Positions 38,990-49,979 of a stretch of 64,000 nt of DNA are shown here, piece by piece. Source of the stretch: Raillietiella orientalis (lineage: Eukaryota). The translations under genes were made by a program, and so were the position numbers. Each line of letters begins with the position of its first letter. The stretch's first letter is position 1. The stretch lies in NCBI GenBank assembly GCA_036172245.1, contig JAYWIR010000024.1, positions 1,984,001-2,048,000 on the forward strand, in the 5' to 3' direction. A model generated the notes under the pieces. The model ran no database searches. It had not been told where the DNA came from and was given only the letters and a program-made list of their open reading frames with translations.

Positions 38990-40390
38990 CCCGGTTGCGC
39001 CGGGACCTTTATTTTGAAACAGGAACAAAATAAACTACAAGGAGGAGGGGAAGAAGGGTATGTCCTCAGAAGCACGGAACGCCAAAAAAGGAAAAGAAGT
39101 TCGCCCGAGATAACCACCGGCGCGCAAGCCGGCTCCTCAAAACTAGGAAGCGGAAGGAAGGGACAATAAATAAATAAAAAAACACGGGAGGATGGGGTCT
39201 CTGATACGTAACATTCCTTAATTTTTAGAAGCGACTGCGGATGGTGGCGATCACCTTGGCAATTTCTTGCAGATGAGGTCACCTTGCTGCTGCCCTCATG
39301 ACGGCTGCTGCCATGCTGGTGGCCTCTCTTCACTGCGAACTTGATTCCTGCACATGGAATACTGTCACCATGGTGCGGATGCAACCGACTGTTGCAATCA
39401 CAGCGCCCTTCTTCAGCCCGCTTTCTGTAAAGAAGCGTCAGAGCAAGTTCGTAGCTGTGGTCTGCGGTCTACGGAGTGATAAAGAGACTCTGCCGCAAGT
39501 CCTCCAGCGCACTGCAGTCCGACAGCAGGTGAGGAAGCGATTCCATCGCCCCGCACCTCGAACAGTCCGGGGAGGAGGCAACTTTCTCCCGGAAACACGG
39601 TGCCTGCGCTGATTAAATTGGAATCCCTAGTGCAGAAACAGCAGAACATCCTGTTTCCAGCGCAGTGGAAACAGGGAGGTGTCCACTCAAAGGGAAGAGA
39701 CCGCTTTTCTTCGGGGGACACACCAAGCGGGTCGCTGCACCGAAGGAGTCCCTTTGCCCGAAAACGAGGAGTAGCGGCGTCCACCAACTCGCTCGTCTTG
39801 CAGCCGTTCAGAAGTATTTCGACTCCTTCAATGCTGCAGGAAAACTGCCACCCCGCCGGTTGGCTGCTGTCATTGCTTGCCCTGAGGGCAGTCAGCGCTG
39901 CAGCAAGGGGTGTGACGGCTATCCAAGTTCATTACGTCCAATTATGCAAGAGATCTTTCCGCGGTTTGCGTAGGAGACCCTACAGCGGTCGCAGTCCCTC
40001 TAGGCGCACTTCCAAAGTGGCAGCCCAGGAACCCAGAGCCTCCTGCCGTCAGGCATTCCAGTTTATGGGTCGGCAGGAGATCCACGGATAGGCTAACAGT
40101 AATGGGGACAGATGCCTCAGATGATAGCAGAATCCAGTCCTCCGGTGTAGGTTGAGCGGCAGTCCCACCAACGCATCGCTGGAGGATGTGGTGTGCCGAA
40201 GCACACCAATGAGAGGACCACAGTTTCCCACACAGGAAGAGAAGTCGCAACTGCAACTGCAGTCCGATCTTGTCGATGACCAGACCGGAGTCCTGGTGCG
40301 GCGCCATGAATTCTTTCAATCGGATCCGAGACCTTGCAGTGCCCCATAAGACTTTGAGTAGGAGGTGCTGCGCCCGGATATTTACCGAAT
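38990..40390 (-). mobile_element. Diverged L1/Tx1-like LINE 3' part (copy 5)
   Basis: KVLWGTARSRIRLKEFMAPHQDSGL aligns with KALWGDQRSRVRHKDLCAPRRDGGLG of copy 3; CSRCGAMESLPHLLSDC zinc finger; AATAAA plus terminal hairpin. Confidence 0.8.
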
Positions 40391-40479
40391 GAGGGAGCAG
40401 ACAAACAAAAAATAGGGGGCAAAAAAGGGGGCAACGGAGGTGTTCCATGGATGGATGCGGATGAAACGAGGCAGCTCAT

Positions 40480-40660
40480 GCATCCGCCACAAACCCGCGA
40501 CGTCTGTTGGACGGGCACCTTGGCCCGGACGATCGCCGGACGATGCCCCAAGCCTGCAATAGCCTCACGAAGAAGAGCAGCTCTTGGACGGAGAGGAAGA
40601 CGTCGCCGCAGTGCATCCCACAGGACGTCCCGATATGTGGAAGCAGGGCCACTTTGCCAT
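40480..40660 (+). mobile_element. Possible piggyBac C-terminal cysteine-rich remnant
   Basis: RLLDGHL...RR...AC...RKTSPQC...VPIC pattern with several cysteines lost. Confidence 0.3.
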
Positions 40661-40718
40661 CAAGACAACCCCAGCCTGAGTATGCCTCCCGCCCGCGCGC
40701 TAGCCATATCGCTTGCAG

Positions 40719-41422
40719 TCAACAACGAAAACTACTGCGGGGCGACAGGATTTCTGCCCCCTCCTCCTCATTTCAAATGGTGTTCGGCATCTACCTCACC
40801 AAGATCGACGACGCCTGGAGCCAGAAGAGCTACGTGTGCGTCCAGTGCAAGCCGAGAGGGCCCGGGGAGCTGGTAGGGAAGATCAACACCCCGGACGCGT
40901 TCCGGGAATTCCAAGGTTACGCGGACCCGAAGGAGACGGAGACAAAGATCGCGAAGGACGTCTTCGCCAAGGGGGTCTTGACAAGTTCGGGAGACATCCT
41001 GGTCACGGACGAGCTGGGGTACCTGAACTTCAAGGACTGCAGGGGCGACAACTTCCGCTGGTGCGGCAAGAACGTGACCTTCTCGGAGGTGGAGTCCGTC
41101 GTCAGAGGGACTGCTCGCATATGGTGTGAAGGTCCCCGGCATCGAAAGGGACGCGGGCATGGTCTCCATCGCCACTGAGAAGGAAGCGGTGAACATCGAG
41201 AGACTCTTCAACCACCTCCGCGCTTCTCTTCTCCGTTTCACCCGCCCCTTGTTCCTGTCAAGGGACTCGATGTCACAGGGACGTGCAAGCTGAAAAATTT
41301 TGACCTGCATAAGGAAGGCAGGATCGAGGATGGCCATGTTTTTCCTGAACCCCTTGGGTAGATTCGAACGGCTCACCCCGCAGCTGCACGAAACGATCGT
41401 CCAGCAGGAGGTGCGGGTGTGA
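40719..41422 (+). pseudogene. Fatp: Fatty acid transport protein (FATP/SLC27, very-long-chain acyl-CoA synthetase) 3' fragment, frameshifted
   Basis: CGATGFLP, CKPRGPGELVGKI, FQGYADPKETETKIAKDVF, SGDILVTDELGYLNFKDCRGDNFRWCGKNV..EVE, YGVKVPG..AGM, DVTGTCKLK; TGA at 41420-41422; begins after TTGCAG; N-terminal part absent. Confidence 0.9.
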
Positions 41423-41524
41423 ACCTCTTCTTACTATATAAAACGATGCTACCCATACCGTTTTTATAGTTCTCTATGCTCTGCATTCCACTGTCTCATC
41501 GTTTCCAACACTCAGAAAACAATG

Positions 41525-42600
41525 CCGGCGTTGATGACGGTGATCACGACGATAATAATGATAATGATGGCGATGACCACGGCGACGATAGCGACGTGAT
41601 GATGAGGACGACGACGATGGCGACGTTGGTGATGGTGGCTCTGGTTGTGCTGGTCGTGATCAACGGTTGATGATACCGATGGCGGTGGTCGATGATGCTT
41701 TTAGTGGTGATGATGTGGTGGTTGTGGCGGTCATGATGACGATGAAGGCGACGACGACAACGGAGATAGTGATGATGATGATGATGACAGTGACAGCGAT
41801 GGTGGTGCTGGTCATGATCGATGGCTGATGATACCTCCTTATAAAAGGATGTACTGATGTAATTCTTTCGGTTCTTAAGGGTGAACAGATTTCCAACCTG
41901 GATGAAAAAAATGTGTCAGTGTAAGAATTCGTCTCTTGAGAGAACTTTCCGGAAGCGAAGAACCACTTCGCACGCGATGGCAGACGACACTCACAAAGAA
42001 GGCGTGTCTGCACCTCAAGCTCCTGCTTTCCCTAGTTTCACGCGCGTCGCGGCTACGATTTTGGTAAACTGATTTTCCTGATATTGGTGCACAGAGGTTG
42101 CCACTCTGCTTCATCTTTGGCTCCTGTCACGGAAAGATCCATGAAATTCAAGGGATTCAAGCATTCAAGCGTGGGGTTTGCGCTCTATCGAGAGAACCTC
42201 AAGGTGATGGTGTGGCCGCTTGTTAAATCATTCAAGTTCCTTCCGGCTGTCCCAACTGGTTCTGTGCAGTGGCTTTGAGAGTGTCCACGGACCGACGGTT
42301 TTCAGATTTCTGGATTCTCACTGATGCCACATAGGAATACACGCAAGAAGTTCTTGCAGATAACGATGCCGATGACGAAGATGATGACAGTGACAGCAGT
42401 GGTGGTGATGGCGGCGGTGCTGGTCATGATCGATGGTTGATGATACCGATGACGATGACGATGATGATGATGGTTTTCGTGGTGATGTGATGGTGGTGGC
42501 GATTTTGATGACGATGGCAGCAGCGACAGCGATGATAGTGATGGCAGCGACAGTGGTGGTGGTGATAGTCGCGATCGATGGGTAGTAAAGGCCATGGCGA
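41525..42600 (+). repeat. Two (GAT/GAC/GGT)n low-complexity blocks (41525-41835 and 42360-42600) sharing GGTCATGATCGATGG(T/C)TGATGATACC
   Basis: Direct comparison. Confidence 0.75.
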
Positions 42601-43810
42601 TGGCTTCCTCGGTCGCATTCTGCAGCGGACTCCGGTCCTTCCAGGAAGACGTTGTGGGTCTTCGAGGAATCGCGCTTTCCCATTCGGTGAGTATCCGACG
42701 TTTTCGGCTCGCATGCCAGGAGGAGGTGGAAGGGTTGGAGGACCCCCTCCTTTCCTTTCCAACGTGTTTGTCCTTGGGAATGTTCGATTTTCTCCCGACG
42801 TTACACTGGCCTGTCGGATCTCAAGGATAATGAGGTCCTGCTATTGCGGATGTCGCTTCAGAGGCGGAGCAGACAACCGATCCTCGGCAGTTGCTCTCCT
42901 TGCTGCTTTCAGCGCGGCTGCTGAATATTCAGAAGGGCGGGCGACTTCCGGAGTGACCGTCTTCTCCGCCCTGCAGCACGAGATCCAGTTTGTGCACTGA
43001 ATCCGTTCCCAGGATGGTGAGGCTGGAGGCCACTAACTCCAGGTGCTCTTTTCAAATGGATTCCGATGACCTAAACAGCGGCCACAAGCGCGAATTCCAA
43101 GGAGGAAGGCTGTGGAAAAAAGTTTCCCAGCAACCGATGATGCGCTCCGTCTGCTGGTCGCATCCGAGATCTGCCGAAGTCGAAGTCGAGGCGTTTGAAG
43201 GGGATGGAGCTTCAGCCGATCTGGCCTTAATCTCGACAAGGCGGGTGTCGATCGCTCGCTCCTCTCGCAGATGTTTCTCGCGTTTCCAAGGAGGTCGATG
43301 CGGCGCCATGCCGATGCTATCCAAAAACTCCCGTGTGTCCGTGAAGAGGGCATGAGTCAGAGGTCACGTGGTCACGGTCTTCGCTCGTGGCACCACCAAG
43401 CGTCGCGGGTTCGAATGCTCGGAAAAATCGACGCCGAGAGATGGGAGGTGCGTCGTGGGTTCGAGTTCTTCCTGCACAATGATGCTGGTTGGCCTCTATT
43501 CATTCGAGTGCGGCACCAGTAGCAGTGCAAACCGGATGGCCCCGATGAGTGGCCGGAATTGGGAATCGACCTTCCAGGAAACAGAATCAAGGAGTGCCTA
43601 TTTCCCTTCCAATCGTGCAAAGGAGCGGAAGCCCCTTCGGGGGCACCCTCCGTCTGGTACCATGGAGTAGGTGTGGTACCTCCCCAGAGTGCAGAGAAGT
43701 GTGCCTGCTCCCTTCGGGGAAGCGCCCTTCTGAGAAATTTCGGAAGCGTCCCTTCGGGATTCTCTTCAGAGGAGGAAAGAGGGAGCGGTTCCCTTGCGGG
43801 TTCCCTCCTG
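42600..43810 (-). mobile_element. LINE 5' block plus probable endonuclease/linker remnant
   Basis: 43400-43810 is homologous to the shared block of copies 2, 3 and 7; the rest is only weakly recognisable. Confidence 0.55.
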
Positions 43811-43817
43811 AGTTGTC

Positions 43818-45470
43818 ACCCGGTCGCACAAGGGCGCTTATTGATGAAAATAAACTCACAACTTTCGTGGCACGAGGCCCTACTACGGCCAACTTAACAT
43901 TGGACCTGCCGGGTCACCGGTACGCAGACCGACGGGGGTCGCCTCGGTAGCGGAGGGGAAGGGGAGAAAGCGAAAATGAAAAATAAAAATAAAAATAAAC
44001 AAAACCATTTTGGAGGGGCAGTAAGGGGATCACTGCCGGCTGGACGGAGTCTGCATCCGTTCCAGGATGGTTCAGCAAGGTCCGTTCAAATAGATTCCAG
44101 TGGGGTCATCTGGCCGCCATCCGCAGAAAGTGAACTGAGGACTGAACGGCGTCCTTCCCGTTTCTTCCTCCGTCGGCTTCGCTCCATGCCGCCACAATCC
44201 CGCGGATGCAGAAAAGTGTGCTGGGGCTGCGGCTGGCTGCAGGGCGTCCCGCACGAAGAACAGATGGGGGAAGTGCCGACCGGGATCCAGAGAATCGTCC
44301 CAAAACGTTCTCATAGGTGCTGGAAGGCAACATACTCCACTAGCAGGTGCAGGAGGGATTCCCGTTCCCACAGTCCGGGCTCACCCTCCCCAGCATCCAG
44401 TGGTGTAGGCTCGCGTTTCAGGGGAAACACCAGTGCAACAACAACGGGGCTGACTCCCGCCACTTCAAGGGGTGGATGCTCGTGTCCTTCAGCAATGTTT
44501 GTAAGTGTAAATACACATGAATTTTCATATTCACGTGCACAATGTGCCGATGCATAGCATAATGGTTTAAGCATGATACTAAGCTGTAATTTATGGTGAT
44601 AAATTCTGATGGTTTATGTAATTGATATTCCTAATTTTTTTTTTACTGGAAAAGCACTACAATTCATGTGTAAGTGTACCATATTTTTGACTTTTTTTTT
44701 TTGAAAAATACTCCTCCATAGCTAGTATCGAACAATTAGCAATTTTTTTCTTCAGCAGCTTAAATGCACCCTTAATACATTGTCTATTCTAGTTCTCTGC
44801 AAAAGAATTGCTTAAACATCTCAAAAATGTCTTACAACTTTTCTGACATTGAAGTCCCTTCAGCACTGGGGGGCCATTCCAGTTCTTCCGATTAGAATGC
44901 TGAGCAGTTCGACCCGGAGCTGTAATCCTCATGGGAGGACACTTGGGGTCGCTGCGTCCGCCAGCTGTCCCGTGGTTCAACCGCTCATCAGATTCTTCTT
45001 GCCTGCAATCTCGCAGGAAACTTTTCACCGCTGCCTTTGGCTGCTGCCTAGTGACCTCCTTAGAAAGGGCAGCGTTGCAGCTAGGGGGCTCGTCTCCGCC
45101 CACGTGCTCCTGCCAGGATACTCCGGGACATTCCGGAGAGAGCAGAGGGCGTGGTTGCCGAGTTCCACCTCTCGGTTCCCTCCGGAGAAGAATTCCTGCT
45201 AGCGAATCCTTTCCGGGTTACCTTCGGAGAAGAAAACCCGGAAAGACCGACCCCTCCGGGGGTCTCTCCGGAGAGAATAAGGAAGAAGATTCCTTCGAGG
45301 ATGTCTTCTCCACCCCAGACGTGAGAAAAACGGACTCCAAGCCTTTCTTGGATTCATAGGGCAGTCTCCTCCGGGGGTATCCCCTATCCTGAAGAATTTA
45401 CACGCACCTTCGGGTGGCGTGAAACAGCGTCAAAAAGCTGCGTGAGCCGCCAAGCGTGCGACGGCTCTTG
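43818..45470 (-). mobile_element. L1/Tx1-like LINE, internally deleted (copy 6), interrupted by a 362-bp AT-rich insert
   Basis: ESLLHLLVEYVAF, TLFCIRGIVAAWSEA and the family 3' UTR; 5' block at about 45160-45470. Confidence 0.8.
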
Positions 45471-47540
45471 AGGTACTCGGCGAACCAAAAACAAAGGAAG
45501 GAGCGGAGTCTGGCCGCTCGCATCCCCTCAGCTCCAGGGTGGACGAAGCGGGCGCCGAAGACGCACAGAGCTCTTCGAGGGCTCGGATCTCGTCCGGAAA
45601 CGGCTGCTCCCTGGACACGCGAGACGGGAAGGAGCGCGCGGCAACGAGTGGCTACGAGGAACGAGGTGGTGGTTGCCTAGTTCGCTCGTTAGAACCTCCG
45701 TCCGCCACATTTCCGGGAAGGCGCGACCGTATTAAGTGCGAGAAGCCGCAACGGAAGAGGAAACTCGTCCGCAAGACTCACCGAGGAAGAAGTCGAGCAC
45801 GGTTTTGGTGTTCCGCATCTCAGTCTACGGCAACGATCGCACTTCATTTAGGCGGTATTTGATGCAGTGTAGGATGCTGCATGTCTCGCATTTCGGTCGG
45901 TGAAGATCGACGAAGATGCTACGGAATCACCGAGGATTGTCCGTCAATCGCCTTGGGATGTGCATGAGCAGGTGCGCCCGCTGCTGAGACGGCGGAAGTA
46001 AAGTGACCTGAATACTTGGATCCACTCAGTCACTTGGCTCGTCCGTATCATCGCCAGCTCAACCACCCCACTTTTGAGATGCCCACTTCGAAAGGGAAAC
46101 TCCAAGTTGGTTGGCGCGCCTCTTTTCCGAGTCAGCTCATCGATTTTCCCAGGATGGCGCAGGAACAAAATGGGAGAGGCCTGTCATCGTCGCGTGTCTC
46201 GATCACTCGTCCGGAGCCTTGCTCGACATCGCCTCCCCTGGGGATCGAAGAAGAGAGCGAGGATCCGTGCAAGGGTGACCCCGTCCGCCCCAACCCTCTA
46301 GGGAGGTCTTCGTCGCAAGTTTCGCCGTCGGCGGCAACAAGCGGCCAAGTAGGAAGGGGGAGGGGGGGGGAGGACACAACTTGTACACCGTTTCTTCAGC
46401 AGGCGGACCAGCGGTGGGGTCGGATGTCCTGGGATCCCTGAAGCATCCCTAAGTTGAAATCACGAATCGGGGGCAATATCAACTGCTCTTCAGTCCGAGC
46501 GTGGCATCCCCCTAAGGGTCGTTTGGATTAAAGCAACCTTGTCGTAGCATCTACGTGACTTCCCAACCTAAAGTGCCTAGGGGCGATTCCTTTGTGGCTA
46601 CTCCGACAACAGCTAGGTGAGGAGAGAGGATTCCGGAACTCCAGAGCAAAGGAGAGAAGCCTTGCGAGTTTCTCGCAACCAGTGGGATGAGCAGATTGAA
46701 ATAGGTCGCCTTCGCTTCATTGGAAAACAAGAAGGATGGAGGGGGGGGGTCATGCTCTGGGAAAATCGGTACGGAATGCTGAAGACGTCTCGAATTTGCG
46801 AGGGTGAGGCGGGACTATATCTTGGTTTCTGGCTGGCCGTGATTCCATGGCAACGATCACTGTTGATCTTTAAACACCGCTGGAACGTTTGCTGCTTTTG
46901 TTGGGCTCGATTGGCATTTTGGAGTGGGGCACCACAATCAACTCTGGAGAGGCGTAAGACTGCGGCTGTCATGTCAACAGCCCGCCTCACTGCGCGAAGC
47001 GGGAAACCCGCCGTTTTGGGATGCTGCGATGTGAACGGGTACTCCAGGCTGGACCGTGAAGCGCGGACAGCGACTTTTACAGCGGAGCGGTGCGCTGCGA
47101 GATGTCTGTCACGCCCTGCTCGAGAAGATGCGAAACTCCCACACAGAGGTCCCGATTTTCCGTCTGTGCAGTCAACGGAGAGCTTCCTGGGTCTCCTGCT
47201 GAGGGATGGACCTCTCTGCTCGGAGGTATCCGTGCGGAAGTAGTCACGACTGCCCTCCCGGGACCACACTCGCCCCAGGCGGGCGGTTGTGTCGCTCGGG
47301 ACGTCCGCGGCACGAGCGCGCCTCCAAGGTCGAACGGTCTCCACTCCCACGCGTGCGAACCAAGACCGCCTGAGGCCGAACGGCTAAGTCGGATGCAGAT
47401 GAAAATGGGAGATGAGGGATAAGGAACCTGCTAGGAAGGATCTTTCCAGAGAAGAGGGAGTTCGTGGAGGCGAGAATCCCGCGAAAGCACCAGGGCTCCC
47501 AGTCTCGTCGGCCAGGATGATAGTCAAGAGCGTGCGGCGT

Positions 47541-49979
47541 GGCACTGGCTGACGACCGGTCACGCCGGGGCGTTCATTTATGAAATAAACACGCGTCTGT
47601 GGCAGGACGTTTGATCCTGCCACGTTAGTTATAACCACGAGAAGGAACCTGCAGGGAACTGGCACGCAGGCCAGCGGGGTTCGCCCCGGAAGCATAGGGG
47701 AAGGGGAGACAAACAAAAAGAAAAAAAGGAGGGAGGGCGGGTTCGAGAAGGGATCACTGTCCGCTGGAGGCCGTCCTCTGCATCCTTGTAAGGATGCCAG
47801 CAAGTTCCTGTTTTATGGTTCTCAGATGGGACCATCTTGATGCCGTCCTCATGAAGGGGACAGTTAAAAAGATGGCTTCCTTGTCGTGTTGGCCTCCTCT
47901 GGCGTTGCTCCATGCGGCCACGGTCCCGCTGCGTGGGCAGCAAAGTGCTGCTAGGGATGCGGCCGGCGTGAGGGCGTCGCTCAGGAAAAGGCGCTTTCAA
48001 ACATCTCTGACGTTGCTGCCAGGGGTTCCGAGGGTGACGGTAAAGCGTCCCCGAAGGGGCCGGAGGGCAATACAGTTCACTAGGAGGTGCGGGAAGGATT
48101 CCTCCTCCCCGCACGTTGCACAGTTTGGGTTCACACACACCCGCGTCCACAGATGCCGGTGGGCGTTGCACGGGAGGCCCCAGTGCAGCGGCATCAATGC
48201 CGACTCCTGCCACTTTGAGGGGAGGGTGCGGGTGTTCATGAGCACCGGGAGCCACCGCAGGTCTTCCTCTGGAATACCCAGCTGCAAAAGTCCACGAAGT
48301 CGAGCACTCGGGGTCGCAGCGTGGGTGAGCTGGTCCGTCGCCCACTCGCCCAGTCCTCTTCTCCTTCCGGAGATTTCCGCAGTAACCTCTCCCATTTTTC
48401 CGCGAGGTTCCTGTCCATGTGTTGCCCAAGGGAGGGCAGCGCGGCGGCGAGGGAGGTGCGGCACCGGTGGAAGTCAGAAGCCGAATGTACCGTTGACTGG
48501 CCGAGATTCGAAGTTGATCCTCCGCGGTCCCTGTCAAGAATCAAGGAGTCGGCTCCCTTTGGGGCTTTTTCTCAGGTTGTGCAAACGGAGCCTTCCCGTT
48601 CTTCTAGGGAGGGTATTCTCCATAGCGTTCCATGGAGCCGATGGATCGATACCTCTCCAGAGTGTGAAGAAGTGCGCTGCTCCCTTCGGGAGCGATCCCT
48701 CAGAGAGAATGGGAAGCATCTCTTCGGGGTTCTCGTCAGAGGAGGAAACAAGAAGCCGATCCTTTCCGGGAAGTCCCTCCGGGGAGAACAAGGGAGAGGT
48801 TTCCTTCGAGGTTCCCTTCGGAGGCAGCCGGGATGGAGGATTTCTTCCCACCCAAGCGCTACAGGAGCGGACTCCTTCCTTCGGAGTCCTTCCTAGATTC
48901 ATAAGGTGATCCCCTCCCAGAATACACTCCTAACTTGTAGAGTTAACACGAAACCGCGGGTGGCGTGGAGCAGCATCAAAGAATTTCGTGATCCCCCAGG
49001 CGAACGGTTCTCCAGTACCCCTTGACAATTAAAAAAAAAAAAAAACATTTGGAAGGGAAGCAGCGAAACAGAAGAACCCAAAAAGGGATTTCCATCATCC
49101 TAGGCTCAAGATGCGGTGGGTCTCATCTACCTCTCCTGCCCCAGTGCTGCCCTCCTTGAAAGACTCAAAGGACAGCGACCTTCCAGCAAGGTGAGAGGTG
49201 TCCTGCTGCATCGAAGGCAGGAAGAAACTTCTGGGGGCATGGACAACTCGGGAAGTCACGGACGCTGCGACCCCGAGTGTGCCACCCCAAGGACTTGTAC
49301 GCTGGGAAGAGATGCTCGACATCCCTCCGGAGGAGGTGAAGTGGTCCCCAGCTTGCTGAAACCGTGGCGCCCTCCCCTTCAAGTGGCAGGAGTCGTCGTT
49401 GCTGGTGGTGCGTGGAGAAATCTCGTGCAAAGCGCGCCTTCACCACCGGACACGAGGGAGCGGGGACTCGGTGCGCAGGCGCGCGAGGAAGGAGACCCTC
49501 CTGCACCTGCTGTTGGACTGTGCTGCCCTCCGACCTCTTTGGCTCGCCTCTTAACGACCCTAGAAACCCCGGTGCACGACCCCAGGGACACTTTGAAACG
49601 CCTCCTCGTGAGTGATGCCGCACTGCCGCCGGCCGCATCCCTCTCAGTCCTCTGCTGTTTCCGCGAGATCACGGAGGCCTGCAACGCCAGGAGAAGAGGT
49701 CGAACTGGGCGCGGATCTTCCTGAAGAGCTCCTCGGCATGGCCTCACCTGGGCGCTACACGAACGGAACTTGCCAGCGTCCTGAGGAGGATGCGGAGAAC
49801 ACCTGGCAGCGTACCATGATCCTTACCTCGATCCCCTCCCCGTGTGTAATTTCCCCTCCTCTGGTTTGTTTGTTTTGTTTGTTTGTTTTGTTTTTGTTTC
49901 CTTTTCCCCCACGCTGACGAAGCGTGTCCTCGCCGATCTGCGCACCGGCCTTTGGCAGGTTCGTCGCACGTGGTAGAAC
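47541..49979. repeat. Left arm of 2.44-kb inverted repeat (LINE copy 7 on -, copy 8 on +)
   Basis: Reverse complement of 53564-56001. Identical translated ORFs (371, 302, 202, 191, 157 and 155 aa) occur in both arms; the only difference I noticed is A15 vs A14. Confidence 0.97.

Noticed and set aside
47794..48909. 371-aa ORF (and its mirror at 54633-55748) as a novel gene
   Set aside because: It is the antisense frame of a GC-rich LINE fragment; its duplication is explained by the inverted repeat.
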